From: a virus
Lineage: Duplodnaviria > Caudoviricetes
DNA length: 31,926 nucleotides
Reading direction: 5' to 3' (one strand)
IMG/VR virus record: IMGVR_UViG_3300037461_001570
Span: 1 to 31,926 of that record
The translations under genes were made by a program, and so were the position numbers. The notes beneath the pieces were generated by a model. The model ran no database searches, had not been told where the DNA came from, and saw only the letters and a list, made by a program, of their open reading frames with translations. How positions within the stretch are numbered: position 1 is the stretch's first letter; the number at the start of each line of letters is the position of its first letter. This document shows positions 6,933 through 17,507 of the stretch, in pieces.

Positions 6933-7738
6933 AAATGACGTTTCCATCTGATTTTAAAAATAAACAAACTAAACCAGAATTTATTGCTACCCAAACTCTA
7001 GGCCCAATGGGGGCGATGGTTGGAGGGTCTAAGTCAATATATAGGTATGATAATCCCAAGAATTTAGTTTTATTTAACGCCAACATATGTACTGAAAATA
7101 ATGGTAAAATTTGGTATGGAGACTTAGATATCACTAAGGATTATAAAAAGCTAATTAAGTTGTCAAAATTATTAAATATGCCAATTTTTATTTTATACGA
7201 AATGGATGCTAGATTTGAAAAATCGGACAATCCAGATTTGTCTAAATTTGTAATAAGCTTTGATAATAAAAAAATTAACTTTAGCAAAAAGTATGAAAAA
7301 TATTTTTATCTATCCAAGGGAGTGCCGTTACAACTAACAGATGAGGAATGTATAACAAAGTTTCCGGCTCCGCCAGAAGAAAAACGTTTATATGATAAAG
7401 AAAAGTACACCGAAATAGATCTACCAGATCTAAACTTAATTAAAATAAAAAAAGATTATTCTCCCTTAAATGATTTTCAAAAACACTTTATAGACAAGTA
7501 TGGCCGAGATAGAGCAGTTGAGGTTTATCGCAATCTACATGTTACTCCAGATTATATTAATAGATTAGAAGCATTAATCACAAAATGTATCAAAAAGACT
7601 TATCCTAATTTACATCCAGTTAAGGTACAACAATCCGTTTCAATGGAAATGCTACAAGAATCTCCGTCTCATTTTATAGATAAACCAGATTGGGCCGACA
7701 ACAATAAAGGATACGTTAAAATAAATGAAGAAAAATAA
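6929..7738 (+). CDS. Hypothetical protein (269 aa)
   Basis: GAGG SD, ATGA overlap, long ORF. Confidence 0.85.
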   Translation: MKMTFPSDFKNKQTKPEFIATQTLGPMGAMVGGSKSIYRYDNPKNLVLFNANICTENNGKIWYGDLDITKDYKKLIKLSKLLNMPIFILYEMDARFEKSDNPDLSKFVISFDNKKINFSKKYEKYFYLSKGVPLQLTDEECITKFPAPPEEKRLYDKEKYTEIDLPDLNLIKIKKDYSPLNDFQKHFIDKYGRDRAVEVYRNLHVTPDYINRLEALITKCIKKTYPNLHPVKVQQSVSMEMLQESPSHFIDKPDWADNNKGYVKINEEK

Positions 7739-8330
7739 GATACTTTTTTATAGCAAACCAGTTAAAAGATTTTATAGTAAGCCTATTACTCGCGACTATA
7801 ATGACAACTATACGCACAAAATAAAGAGTATTTATTATAAAATCGTGAGCCATATTCTGTTAATGTTAGAAAAAATCAGAAGGTCTTTAGCTTATGCTGC
7901 CCTTGGCTGGAACTCGTATGATTTTGACTTTGTATATATATACAAAATGTTAGAGTTTAAGCTACGAAGATTAAAGCGATGCTTAATCATGAGCCATTTG
8001 GTCCAAACCCAAGATATTTTAGATGCACTTTCTGAAGCAATTGATATTTGTTCTAGATTGTCAAAAGATGAATATTATAATAAATACAATAAAATGCATT
8101 CTAAAAAATGGGGAAAGCTAAAGACGATATTTCATCCAGAGCCTAATTTCAGCGAAAAAGGATTAACGAGAATTGAATTTATGCGCAGTAAGGCCAAGAC
8201 GGCCAAACAAAAAAGACAAGAAAGACAAGAATCTAGAAATAATTTGATACAGTCTGAAATAGATAGAGATAATGATTTAAAACGCTTATTTTATTTATTC
8301 ACAAAATATGAAAGGCAATGGTGGGACTAG
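7725..8330 (+). CDS. Hypothetical basic protein ending in WWD
   Basis: 201-aa ORF overlapping both neighbours; short FYSKP duplication at the N-terminus. Confidence 0.8.
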   Translation: MKKNKILFYSKPVKRFYSKPITRDYNDNYTHKIKSIYYKIVSHILLMLEKIRRSLAYAALGWNSYDFDFVYIYKMLEFKLRRLKRCLIMSHLVQTQDILDALSEAIDICSRLSKDEYYNKYNKMHSKKWGKLKTIFHPEPNFSEKGLTRIEFMRSKAKTAKQKRQERQESRNNLIQSEIDRDNDLKRLFYLFTKYERQWWD

Positions 8331-8638
8331 TGCATTCAGATTTATATCATAAGCAATTGACCGATAAGCAAAAGAAGGACATTCGTAAACAAACTATAGA
8401 TTATGTAAAAAGTAATCTGATTCTATTTGTTAAATTTGTCGCCTTGTTATATCTTACTTCATCGTTTATTTTCATTTTAGGGTTTTGGTGGGTTAAATCA
8501 ATAGACTTTATATTTTTTGGATGCGCGGTCAATGGGTTTATTTTTATGTGCAATTGGATAGCTAGAGTTAACAAATTAGATACAAAATTAAACCATAAAA
8601 TAATTGAGATCGTCAAAAATGAGACCAAACAACAATAG
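8318..8638 (+). CDS. Hypothetical membrane protein (about 2 TM segments)
   Basis: Hydrophobic stretches at about aa 34-59 and 63-82; exact start uncertain. Confidence 0.65.
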   Translation: MVGLVHSDLYHKQLTDKQKKDIRKQTIDYVKSNLILFVKFVALLYLTSSFIFILGFWWVKSIDFIFFGCAVNGFIFMCNWIARVNKLDTKLNHKIIEIVKNETKQQ

Positions 8639-8876
8639 ATCAATAGGAGATATAGTTAGAGTTCACCTTCAAGAGTTTAATTTGCATTATAATGTTCAAA
8701 TTCCTGATATTCCTGAAAATCGGACTAACTATATTTATTGTACTCATTGCAATAATAAGCAATGCCGGATATGGCCAACTGTCTGGATTTTAGATTGCAA
8801 TGGAGCTGTTTTTTCAGAATTACATAACATAGGCGAATGCCATATGTATGATTTAACCGATGATATTGCCAAATAA
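8619..8876 (+). CDS. Hypothetical protein with CxxC (possible Zn-binding)
   Basis: CTHC...C...C...CH; ATG 8619 preferred over TTG 8604. Confidence 0.65.
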   Translation: MRPNNNRSIGDIVRVHLQEFNLHYNVQIPDIPENRTNYIYCTHCNNKQCRIWPTVWILDCNGAVFSELHNIGECHMYDLTDDIAK

Positions 8877-8882
8877 TATTTA

Positions 8883-8911
8883 TTGACAATTACCTGTATT
8901 TATTATATTCT
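8883..8911 (+). promoter_or_regulatory. sigma70-like promoter
   Basis: TTGACA-17 bp-TATTCT. Confidence 0.55.
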
Positions 8912-8957
8912 AAAATAGACATACATCAATAAAGATGTATTTTTTTAAGAGGAACGC

Positions 8958-9638
8958 ATGGGAATACCAGGCCCACAGAATAAAATAGTTGTACCCTCAG
9001 GAGTTGTTTGTTGGCTAGACGTGGACGATGTTTTAGTTGATTTTCATAGATTGTTTAACGCTTTAATTAAAAAAAAGGGATATGATGTACCCCTAAACTA
9101 TATTCCTTCAAAGTATAGCTATGCAGAATTAATGCCAGAAGAACAATTTTCTGAATATTTTGTGCAGCTTGGCCAAAATTGGCCCGCTAAATGTAAGGTT
9201 TTTAAGGGAGCAGCGGAGTTTACGCGCAAATTAAGCGAACACGGTGTAAGAGTAATACTGATCACCAGCGTGTTTGGCCATCAAGGTCCCGAAAGAATTA
9301 AGAATTTGTGCAAAAATCATATTTATTTTGACGAAATATATCTAACAAAAGGTAGGCAAAAAAGTGAGTTTGCTAGCTGGCTATCTACTAGATACGTTGA
9401 TTCTAAGGGATGTCCAGTTAAAAATATTTTAGTTGATGATTTTGCAAAAAACGCCGTAGAGTTTATTAAGATGGTTCCAAATGCTGTAGCCGGAATAACA
9501 ATGAATATAGGGTATAGTCAGCCTTATATCAAAAAAGCAAAAAATAATAAAAAATTATTCAGCGAATCAGTTACACAAACTGAATTATATGATACCACTT
9601 TTAGGGTTTTAGCTCAGTTGATGTCAGAGGGCAAGTAA
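8958..9638 (+). CDS. HAD-superfamily hydrolase, 5'(3')-deoxyribonucleotidase-like
   Basis: Motif I LDVDDVLVDF, motif II LITS, motif III K, motif IV ILVDD; AGAGG SD. Confidence 0.85.
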   Translation: MGIPGPQNKIVVPSGVVCWLDVDDVLVDFHRLFNALIKKKGYDVPLNYIPSKYSYAELMPEEQFSEYFVQLGQNWPAKCKVFKGAAEFTRKLSEHGVRVILITSVFGHQGPERIKNLCKNHIYFDEIYLTKGRQKSEFASWLSTRYVDSKGCPVKNILVDDFAKNAVEFIKMVPNAVAGITMNIGYSQPYIKKAKNNKKLFSESVTQTELYDTTFRVLAQLMSEGK

Positions 9639-9682
9639 TTGATTTTATTGAAAAATGTAGATCAAGGGAACGGTGAATTAAA

Positions 9683-9943
9683 ATGGAGATAGACATTGAT
9701 AAATATCAGGCTAGCGAGCAATATGTCAAAACAACATTTATCAATACATGTACCGGAGATTTACAATTCGCAATTTCTGTTTTATCTGCCGCATGCCATT
9801 GCCCCTGCATTGTGGTTGCAATTTGGGTAGGCGAATGCACTAACTGGTGCCAAGAAAGCCAAATTATTATTAAAAAACTTAAAGATTTTTACGGATACAC
9901 AAAAATTTTAAATAAACCGGATGGATGTCCGATTTTGGAATAA
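9683..9943 (+). CDS. Cys-rich hypothetical protein (86 aa)
   Basis: ORF in operon orientation. Confidence 0.65.
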   Translation: MEIDIDKYQASEQYVKTTFINTCTGDLQFAISVLSAACHCPCIVVAIWVGECTNWCQESQIIIKKLKDFYGYTKILNKPDGCPILE

Positions 9944-10326
9944 TTATGCTAAATACACTAAAATATTTATACAATAGAGTTAAATTATATATAGAAAAAC
10001 CTAAACCAGGAGATATTTTTACTGGCAGTTTGAGCGATATATCATTTAAAGACCCTAAGGCATATTATAGCGTAGAGTCTATCTTTCATAAAATGTTAAG
10101 CTCTCGCGGTAGAATATGGGACATCGTTGAAAGTAAAAACAATTATCGGTTAACCCTAGTTTCTGTTCAACCCACTTACTATGTTTTTGAGGCTGAGTTA
10201 CTAGCCGTTAATGTTAAATTTAGTGCGTTTTCTTGGCTGCCAAGATCTATGCCTAGACGGATAAACAAAGAACTTTTTCATCAATTACTATTGTTAAATA
10301 AATTTAATAAAGTTAAACCTTTTTAA
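9925..10326 (+). CDS. Hypothetical protein (start may be ATG 9946)
   Basis: 133-aa ORF in operon orientation. Confidence 0.7.
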   Translation: MSDFGIIMLNTLKYLYNRVKLYIEKPKPGDIFTGSLSDISFKDPKAYYSVESIFHKMLSSRGRIWDIVESKNNYRLTLVSVQPTYYVFEAELLAVNVKFSAFSWLPRSMPRRINKELFHQLLLLNKFNKVKPF

Positions 10327-10433
10327 TTTATACCTTTGTTTTATCCTTTTTATTTCGATCCATATATTAAAAACGAAAATATATTACAACTATATGATAT
10401 AATTATACTATAGAGCGTATTTATACCCGACAG

Positions 10434-10441
10434 AATCTTTA
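10434..10441 (+). promoter_or_regulatory. Candidate phage late-promoter motif AATCTT upstream of the tail operon
   Basis: The same motif lies shortly upstream of the starts at 18125, 31427, 30819(-) and, as TATCTT, 20788. Confidence 0.4.
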
Positions 10442-10476
10442 AGAAAGAACTGATTATTTAATAAATCTAGGATATT

Positions 10477-12969
10477 ATGGCACGCAAAGAGCTACAAATG
10501 GGCATCAAACTCGACACAAAAGAGTTTGATAGAGCTATTTCAGACATGCAAAAAAAATTACGCGAATTATATGCGCCAAGCGATATGATGCGAATGCAAC
10601 AGCAGACTGCCCAGAGGCTCCAGGGTATGGGAATGGGCGGCATTATGAGCGCCCCAAGTCAAGAAGCATATAGACAATCTACACAGCAACCCAAAAGAGA
10701 GCTGGAAAAACTTATTAGAGATGAAGCCTTGGCACAAGAAAGGCTTGGAAAAGAGATTTCCAAAAGATTAGAGTTAATCAAAGAATTGCGTACCCAACAG
10801 CAATCGGTGGTTAAAGGGTCAGAAGATGAATTAAAAATAAAACAACAAATAGCTAGAGTAGAGGAAAACAATTTTAGATCTAGAGAGTTATACAAACAAC
10901 GCGATGTGGCTTTAAATCAAATGATTGACGCCAAAGAACAATCCAAGCCTCAAGGTATCGCCAGATTACTGCAAGCATATCGCGGTGGCGGAATAGGAGG
11001 CGTCGCTACGGCAGCTGGGCGAATGTTCACGCCACTCGGCGGAATTGGCGCTATATCTGCCATAGGCGCAGCCGCAGGATCGGCTCTTGCCTTGGGATCA
11101 GAAGTTTATCGCGGATTCGGAAGGGCCCCAGTTGGCACACAGGTTGCGACAGGAAAAACGGTTGGCGGGACCATAGGCAGACAATTACAAGATATATATA
11201 GCGGCAATGCGCCCTTTGAAGCACTATTTGCAGGTGAGCGTGCCCAGGCTGCCCAGGCAGCTTTAAAAAATTATCAAATGGCCAGGACAGCCGACCAGAT
11301 GGCCCTGGGCGGAGGGCTGCTTAAAAGTGGTGCCGTTGGAATGGGAGCTGGTGCGCTCATAGGCGCAAAAATTGGGGGCACAGCTGCCGGAATCGTGACA
11401 TTGGGACTTGGAGCACCAGCTGGAGCTGCCGTTGGAGCGGGAGTCGGAGGAGCGATCGGAGCATTAGGAGGAGCTGGAGTCGGAGCTATGAGCGCTCTGG
11501 GAAACGAGAGACAAAGAGCTTTACTTTTAAGTCCAATATCTAAGACTATGGATCAGAGATACCAATCAATATTAGCCGAGCAGTTGGTCAACGATTACGA
11601 ATCTGTGCTAGAAGCGCAAAAACAGCAAAATCCGTTAAAAACTATTGCCATAGAAGAATATAAACAAAATTTTAGACAAAACTTGCAAGCACAACGTGGC
11701 ATGGGCCTTGGCTATGAAGGTTTTTATGGAGAATCCGGACTTTTACAACAGGCCGCAAACGCTGGGTTTACGCGTGATTTAGCTTTAGGCATGTCCGGTG
11801 ACATCTTGGCCGCTGGAGGGTCTACTCGCGTAGCTAGAGAGTCAACCCTAGGATTACAGCTTCAGCGTAATTTTGACTTAACCAATGCTGGGCAAGTACT
11901 CGGCACACTTAGCGGAGGGCTTGGAGGCGCAGAACTTACAAAGCAGGCTACGATTAAAATCTTAGCAGAAGGAACTAAATTAGGTTTAGATGACAGTAAA
12001 TTTGTAGAAGAAAATCGCCGGTTCACGCAGGCCGCATCTGAAGTTATAGCTAGAAGTGGAGCTAGGTCTGAAGTAGACATAGATAGATTATCTGAACGAT
12101 TTTCGAGCATGCTAACAGAGCGCACATCACAAGGGGTAGAGGCGGCAAAAAATGCATACGAGAGATATCAACAGCTTTCCACAGAAGTGACAGGACGAAA
12201 GGGCATGATGCGAGCGGCGGGTATGCTGCAAAGCGCTGAAGTAGGAGAGCTATTTAGAGTTAGCGGAGGAGACGTAGTAGCTCAAGCTTTAATGCATATA
12301 CCAGAAAATCAGATGACAGAAGACCACCCAGTTGTTCGACAGGCGGCTAGACTATTAAATAAGCCTCCATCAGAAGTCGTAAAAGGAATGGAAAAAATTA
12401 CAATGGGCGCTGTTAGTCCAATAACAGAGGTCCTAACATTGCGCAAAACTCTACAACAACGACAAAAAGAAACCGGTGTAACCATGAGCCGGGAAACCTA
12501 TGGTCAGGCGCCTAAAGATATGCAGGAAATGTATGACCAGCTGTCCACGCTTATTTCTTTGCCCGGAATGGGGATGGACATTCAGGACCCAAGACAACTA
12601 GAAGCTTTCATGAAGCGGTTTATAGCCGAAGAGCGCCCAGGCGAGCTGGGGCCATACACTACCGAAACGGCAATTAAAAATAAGTTAGCCAGAGAAGCGA
12701 CAGAAACGGGTCGAATTGAAGATACTACAATTAAAGATTTAGCTGAAAGTTCTAAGGTTGTTTTAGATAACTTTAGAGGATTAAAAGATGAGCTGGTTCC
12801 TACTGCTGAAGCATTAGAGCAATTTACGGTGAAAATAAGAGAGTTGGCTATGGCGATAAGTACCGCTCAAACGCCAGAAGAGCGCAGACGTATAGCTACA
12901 GAATGGGTTAAAGAGCAAGCTAAGCCGGCAGCCAAAAATCAATCTCAGGCGACAAAGGGCCGTCAATAA
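10477..12969 (+). CDS. Tail tape-measure-like protein
   Basis: N-terminal IKLDTKEFDRAI followed by coiled coil, Gly/Ala-rich hydrophobic middle, helical Ala/Gln/Glu-rich remainder; first gene of the baseplate block. Confidence 0.75.
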   Translation: MARKELQMGIKLDTKEFDRAISDMQKKLRELYAPSDMMRMQQQTAQRLQGMGMGGIMSAPSQEAYRQSTQQPKRELEKLIRDEALAQERLGKEISKRLELIKELRTQQQSVVKGSEDELKIKQQIARVEENNFRSRELYKQRDVALNQMIDAKEQSKPQGIARLLQAYRGGGIGGVATAAGRMFTPLGGIGAISAIGAAAGSALALGSEVYRGFGRAPVGTQVATGKTVGGTIGRQLQDIYSGNAPFEALFAGERAQAAQAALKNYQMARTADQMALGGGLLKSGAVGMGAGALIGAKIGGTAAGIVTLGLGAPAGAAVGAGVGGAIGALGGAGVGAMSALGNERQRALLLSPISKTMDQRYQSILAEQLVNDYESVLEAQKQQNPLKTIAIEEYKQNFRQNLQAQRGMGLGYEGFYGESGLLQQAANAGFTRDLALGMSGDILAAGGSTRVARESTLGLQLQRNFDLTNAGQVLGTLSGGLGGAELTKQATIKILAEGTKLGLDDSKFVEENRRFTQAASEVIARSGARSEVDIDRLSERFSSMLTERTSQGVEAAKNAYERYQQLSTEVTGRKGMMRAAGMLQSAEVGELFRVSGGDVVAQALMHIPENQMTEDHPVVRQAARLLNKPPSEVVKGMEKITMGAVSPITEVLTLRKTLQQRQKETGVTMSRETYGQAPKDMQEMYDQLSTLISLPGMGMDIQDPRQLEAFMKRFIAEERPGELGPYTTETAIKNKLAREATETGRIEDTTIKDLAESSKVVLDNFRGLKDELVPTAEALEQFTVKIRELAMAISTAQTPEERRRIATEWVKEQAKPAAKNQSQATKGRQ

Positions 12970-12971
12970 TT

Positions 12972-14816
12972 ATGCCAAACTCTAAAGCGTATACCCACGT
13001 TATAGCGCAAACAGAGTCGAATTCGTCTGAATTTAACTCTGTGTATCAGACTAGTCCAGCGTGGGTTTTAACGTTCGTTCGATGGGAAAACAGGGATACA
13101 TATAGGCTAACTGATAAAAATTTTAGACAAGTTAGAACGCCACTAGTCGTAGAAAACGATTGCGTTCAGATTAATACTATATGCAAAAAAGGAGTATTAA
13201 CACCGTCTGTTAATGCTATTTTAAGGCACACCGATGTAAACTATGAAACCGCAATAGCTCCAGGAGATTTTGTTTTTGTCAACATCTTGAACTGGGAATC
13301 AGAAGCTAGACGAGTGGCCGAACAGGCTAGAAGCAGTAAGCCTATTAATGGCCCAAACGATGGATTTAAAGGTATATTTAAAATTCAAGGTGTCAGAAAA
13401 ATTATCCAAAATGACGCTAACACTGGGACGAGATCTGTATTGTTTAAAATCGATGGGTTTGGTTTTACAGAATTTAATAATACTATTTATTTTAATCCAT
13501 ACCTGTTAAACGTGGGAGATACCAAAAATTATTTATTATTCATGAGCAATCTTTCTACTACGTGGTCAAATTTAATTAATGATAAGGGATACAAGCATGT
13601 TCAAGATATCCTTAGCATATTAATACAAAGTTTTATAGGAATAGGACTAGACAACAAAGGTAGGCTGAATATCCCTAAACAGCCAGTAACAGTTGCCAAT
13701 ACACATTTCTATATGCCCGCACAAATAGGCCAGTTGTTGGGCCTTAATGGAGTTAAGGCTGCCAAGGATATTTATTCCTGTTTGTTCGGCATACAAAAAT
13801 ATGCCGGAGGTACATCGCAAGGCTTGTCATCCGGCATGAATCCCATTGATTTAAAAACGAACAATAAGTTTCAGTATACTCCAACACCATGCCAAGGCGA
13901 ATCGTTATTAAAACCGGAATTTTGGAATCAGGTTAAAGCGTGGTCTATATTAAATCAATATACCAACTCACCATTAAATGAACTTTATACTTGTTTTAGG
14001 CTATCCAGAGATAACAAGGTTTTACCAACTATAGTATTTAGACAAATACCCTTTACAAATGAAGATTTTGTTACAAAATATGGTAACAAAATACCGGTAA
14101 CATTATTTTTGACCCTACCAAGATGGAAGGTAGAGCCTAGTACTGTCCTTTCTGTTGACATAGGAAGAGATGAGGCCGCCAGGGTCAACTTCGTACAGTA
14201 CTTTGGACGATTAGGGCTTGACGAACGCGGCTCCGGAGTGTCTATCGAAACATCTAAATTTAATTATGTATATGACGTAAATGACGTAAAAAGAAATGGG
14301 CTGAGACCATATGTAGTATCTACAGGGTTTGATCCATCTACGATTAAAACTACAGATTATAAAAGTCCAGTTTGGGCAAAAATTTTAGGCGACTCACTCA
14401 TTGGCGGACACCTTAAAATGAACGGAACACTTGTATGCAAAGGAATAGTGGAGCCAATAGCAGTAGGCGACAACCTTGAATTTGATAATACAGTATATCA
14501 CATTGAACAGATTACACATTCAGCCATGATCTATCCAGATAGCGGCAAAAAAACTTTCCAGACTACCGTAAACCTAAGCAATGGAATAGACATCACAAGC
14601 GATAGCACTGCTCTGAGGTATTCAGAGATGACATATTCTGATGCATATTTAAGTAGGGAAAATGATTTTAAGAATAATGAAATATTGCCAGGAATATCTG
14701 AAGCACAAGATACAGCTAAATCTAAATCTATAGTAGACCGATCTCCTGGTGGAGGGATAGGATTTCCGCAACCAGGGGTAGCGCCTAAAACTAAATATAC
14801 CAAAAAGAGTAAATAG
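12972..14816 (+). CDS. Putative baseplate hub / tail protein
   Basis: Lies between tape measure and spike; C-terminal NGTL...IAVGDNL...YHIEQITH...TTVNLSNG pattern resembles hub proteins (gpD/Mu gp44-like). Confidence 0.65.
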   Translation: MPNSKAYTHVIAQTESNSSEFNSVYQTSPAWVLTFVRWENRDTYRLTDKNFRQVRTPLVVENDCVQINTICKKGVLTPSVNAILRHTDVNYETAIAPGDFVFVNILNWESEARRVAEQARSSKPINGPNDGFKGIFKIQGVRKIIQNDANTGTRSVLFKIDGFGFTEFNNTIYFNPYLLNVGDTKNYLLFMSNLSTTWSNLINDKGYKHVQDILSILIQSFIGIGLDNKGRLNIPKQPVTVANTHFYMPAQIGQLLGLNGVKAAKDIYSCLFGIQKYAGGTSQGLSSGMNPIDLKTNNKFQYTPTPCQGESLLKPEFWNQVKAWSILNQYTNSPLNELYTCFRLSRDNKVLPTIVFRQIPFTNEDFVTKYGNKIPVTLFLTLPRWKVEPSTVLSVDIGRDEAARVNFVQYFGRLGLDERGSGVSIETSKFNYVYDVNDVKRNGLRPYVVSTGFDPSTIKTTDYKSPVWAKILGDSLIGGHLKMNGTLVCKGIVEPIAVGDNLEFDNTVYHIEQITHSAMIYPDSGKKTFQTTVNLSNGIDITSDSTALRYSEMTYSDAYLSRENDFKNNEILPGISEAQDTAKSKSIVDRSPGGGIGFPQPGVAPKTKYTKKSK

Positions 14817-14819
14817 TTT

Positions 14820-15770
14820 ATGATTAATTTTCTTGACAATGGAGCTGTATTGCCGTTCGGACTGCTAGGGGATAGCCCTGATATTGATTTAGCTGGATTT
14901 AATAAAAACTATAACAATACCCCGCTAAGAGCTGGTATTATAGTAGAATCGTACCCAAAAAACCACGAAAACAATAAATCTAAACTTTCAACTGAGTATG
15001 ACGTTATAGTGTTTGAGCAAAATGTTGATCAAGGCGTCACCCCTATTAGGTATAGGAACTGCTTGGCATCTGAAAGTTTAGGGTCAATTGCTGATTTTTT
15101 TGAACATTCACTAAGAAAACCAAAAAATATACCGAGCGTTGGCGGAGCTGTCGCAACTAAGGGGCATGACGCTCCAGTAGCCTTATTATTATGCCTAGAC
15201 GGATTTTCGGAAAAAGCTATCATAATTGGAGCATTGACGCATCCAGATAGACAGACTACAATAAAGGATAGCGATCCGCACTTAGAAGGCGAATATAATG
15301 GAGTACGGGTAAAAATTACTAAAGATGGCGGCTGTAGTATTACGATTAAGGGCGCCACCAATAACGACGGCAAAGTAATTAATAATAATGGTCAAGTAAA
15401 AATTTCGGTAACTCCCAATAAAGACATTTCAATTGAAAGCTCAGGAAACATAAACCTTATAGTTAAGCAAGATGCTAATATTACTATAGAAAAAGACGCA
15501 ATGATTTCTTGTCAAAATGCATCTATAACAGCTGCCAAAAATATTACCGCTACTTGTATTGAAGCCTTGATTAGTGCATCTGGAACTGCTACAATAGAAG
15601 GTAAGGAAGTTGAGTTAGGAGAAGACGCAACAGAAGCGGTAGTCAAAGGTGATACATTTAAGAAATTGTTCGATGAGCACATTCATATTGGAAACCTGGG
15701 CGCTAATACTACGCCGCCATTATTTCCGCTAGAAGTTTCGGCTCTTAGCAGAAAGGTAAAAACAGAATGA
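14820..15770 (+). CDS. Baseplate central spike (gpV/gp138-like)
   Basis: N-terminal OB-like region, about 8-residue-period beta-helix repeats, C-terminal HIH metal-binding tip motif. Confidence 0.8.
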   Translation: MINFLDNGAVLPFGLLGDSPDIDLAGFNKNYNNTPLRAGIIVESYPKNHENNKSKLSTEYDVIVFEQNVDQGVTPIRYRNCLASESLGSIADFFEHSLRKPKNIPSVGGAVATKGHDAPVALLLCLDGFSEKAIIIGALTHPDRQTTIKDSDPHLEGEYNGVRVKITKDGGCSITIKGATNNDGKVINNNGQVKISVTPNKDISIESSGNINLIVKQDANITIEKDAMISCQNASITAAKNITATCIEALISASGTATIEGKEVELGEDATEAVVKGDTFKKLFDEHIHIGNLGANTTPPLFPLEVSALSRKVKTE

Positions 15771-16327
15771 TGATCCCAACGGTATTCGTGGATGAAACCT
15801 ACGGATGTATAACTAAGGGTAAACTAGAACTACCAAGCCTTGATATGCCCGGCCTGCCTAATATGGTATTAGGATGCTTCATGGCATCTTTAGCTGGAAT
15901 AAACTATATTTTGAAATTTTTACCGCCAGATCCACTAAACTTACCAAAACCGCCCAGCATGAAGATTTTTGTCGATGGATTCATGGGCGGAATTAATATT
16001 CCATCTCCAAGTATACCTCCATTTACCTTAGGCGCAGAAATTGGATTGCCAAATATTACCATACCAGGAGTAGGAATTGAACCTCCCAGTTATGACTTGT
16101 CGGGACAACTTGGATTAATCAAAGTCTTTATTTTGCTACCAGCAGCATTAATTAAACTGATAATAACTTCATTTCCAGTAATTAAGCTGCCAAGCCCTTC
16201 TACTATTAAATTGGCAATAGGAAACATAGGACTTCAAGTAGGACTCCCAATTGCCACAATAGATATGTTTGCCGGATGTCTATCTGGAACCATGTTTAAA
16301 TTAATTAAAAGCGCGGTACCGGTGTAA
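15767..16327 (+). CDS. Pro-rich hydrophobic hypothetical protein
   Basis: ATGA-coupled to the spike gene; very high P/L/I/G content. Confidence 0.7.
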   Translation: MMIPTVFVDETYGCITKGKLELPSLDMPGLPNMVLGCFMASLAGINYILKFLPPDPLNLPKPPSMKIFVDGFMGGINIPSPSIPPFTLGAEIGLPNITIPGVGIEPPSYDLSGQLGLIKVFILLPAALIKLIITSFPVIKLPSPSTIKLAIGNIGLQVGLPIATIDMFAGCLSGTMFKLIKSAVPV

Positions 16328-16328
16328 C

Positions 16329-16874
16329 ATGGATACACTAGATGTAACGCTTGCGATGGCGCCGTCTTGGCTATTAGGCATAATAATCCTATGTGTTGTT
16401 GGATTTACCAAATATAAATCGATTTTGCGCATTGATTGGGCCGCTATTCTTAAGTGGATCATCATGTTAACTACATGTAGTATATTAAGAATATTATTTT
16501 TGATTTATTTTAATTTTATAGATTCGCTTTTAAATCAGCTACTTACAATCTCTGAAATACCCATAGTAGTTTTACCGATGGTATTCTGGGAAGATGCATG
16601 CTTTGTTTTGCCGTTATTAATTTTAGATAGGTTGCTAGCGAATACCCCAGTAGCCAAAGTTATTTTTTTTGCTGCCGCTATTATCTCAAGCGTAATATTT
16701 GGATTAGGACACCTATATCAAGGATTTTTTGCGGTTGCTCTATTATTTTTATATGTTCCGTTAGCCTTTCAATTAGGTAAACGCTATGGGCTGGGCACGA
16801 TCATGCTCGGCCATGTCTCGTATGACGTGGTTACTTTCATGTCATCAATTATTTTCTTGCGTTATTTCATATGA
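16329..16874 (+). CDS. CPBP (Abi/type II CAAX) family intramembrane metalloprotease
   Basis: Multi-TM protein with motif 1 WED (EE variant), motif 2 FGLGH, motif 4 HVSYD. Confidence 0.85.
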   Translation: MDTLDVTLAMAPSWLLGIIILCVVGFTKYKSILRIDWAAILKWIIMLTTCSILRILFLIYFNFIDSLLNQLLTISEIPIVVLPMVFWEDACFVLPLLILDRLLANTPVAKVIFFAAAIISSVIFGLGHLYQGFFAVALLFLYVPLAFQLGKRYGLGTIMLGHVSYDVVTFMSSIIFLRYFI

Positions 16875-17140
16875 CAAAAAATAAATTAAAAAATCCATAT
16901 CTTAATTTTACATTAGACGAACTTGCAAGAGCGGAATCATGCTGCTATGCTATACAGCTTGGCAATGATTTTTATAGTCACAATGACCAATGTGTGTTCA
17001 AAAAATCCCAAATAATTAGACATTACAATAAAATATTGGATGAATTGGTGTATTTGTTAAACAATGGATCAGAAAAGGAAAAGAAAAAGGCAAGATTTTA
17101 TATTGAGCGATTTCATGTTCATCCATTGAGGGTTCACTGA
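16871..17140 (+). CDS. Hypothetical protein (89 aa)
   Basis: ATGA overlap with the CPBP gene. Confidence 0.7.
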   Translation: MTKNKLKNPYLNFTLDELARAESCCYAIQLGNDFYSHNDQCVFKKSQIIRHYNKILDELVYLLNNGSEKEKKKARFYIERFHVHPLRVH

Positions 17141-17150
17141 AAGTAAATAT

Positions 17151-17507
17151 ATGTTATATAACCACAAATATCAGTTTGATTCAATCGATTTAGTTTATAA
17201 CAAAATATTGCAATATGAAAAGGCTCAATGGGGACCCCACGATGATCAATTGGCATGCCTAGACTGGCTAACCAACGATGAATTATACCGAGAGTCAGAA
17301 TTATTGTTTGAACGGCAACGAAAATTAAACCCACGATGTTTGCTAGATCATCCTATTTCCGAGTGTATGATTCCCACGTTATTTATTGCCGTGAGTACTA
17401 TTTTGAGTTTATATAGAGATACAAACGAATTGTTAGATAAATATAGATATATATTAAAGTATTATCTATTAATGAATCAATGCGGCTTTATTGTAACCAA
17501 GTCTTAA
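17151..17507 (+). CDS. Hypothetical protein (118 aa)
   Basis: ORF continuing the operon; stop overlaps the convergent gene. Confidence 0.7.
   Translation: MLYNHKYQFDSIDLVYNKILQYEKAQWGPHDDQLACLDWLTNDELYRESELLFERQRKLNPRCLLDHPISECMIPTLFIAVSTILSLYRDTNELLDKYRYILKYYLLMNQCGFIVTKS

Noticed and set aside
8318-8638. Holin assignment for the 2-TM protein
   Set aside because: Located in the early region with no adjacent endolysin; TM count alone is insufficient.
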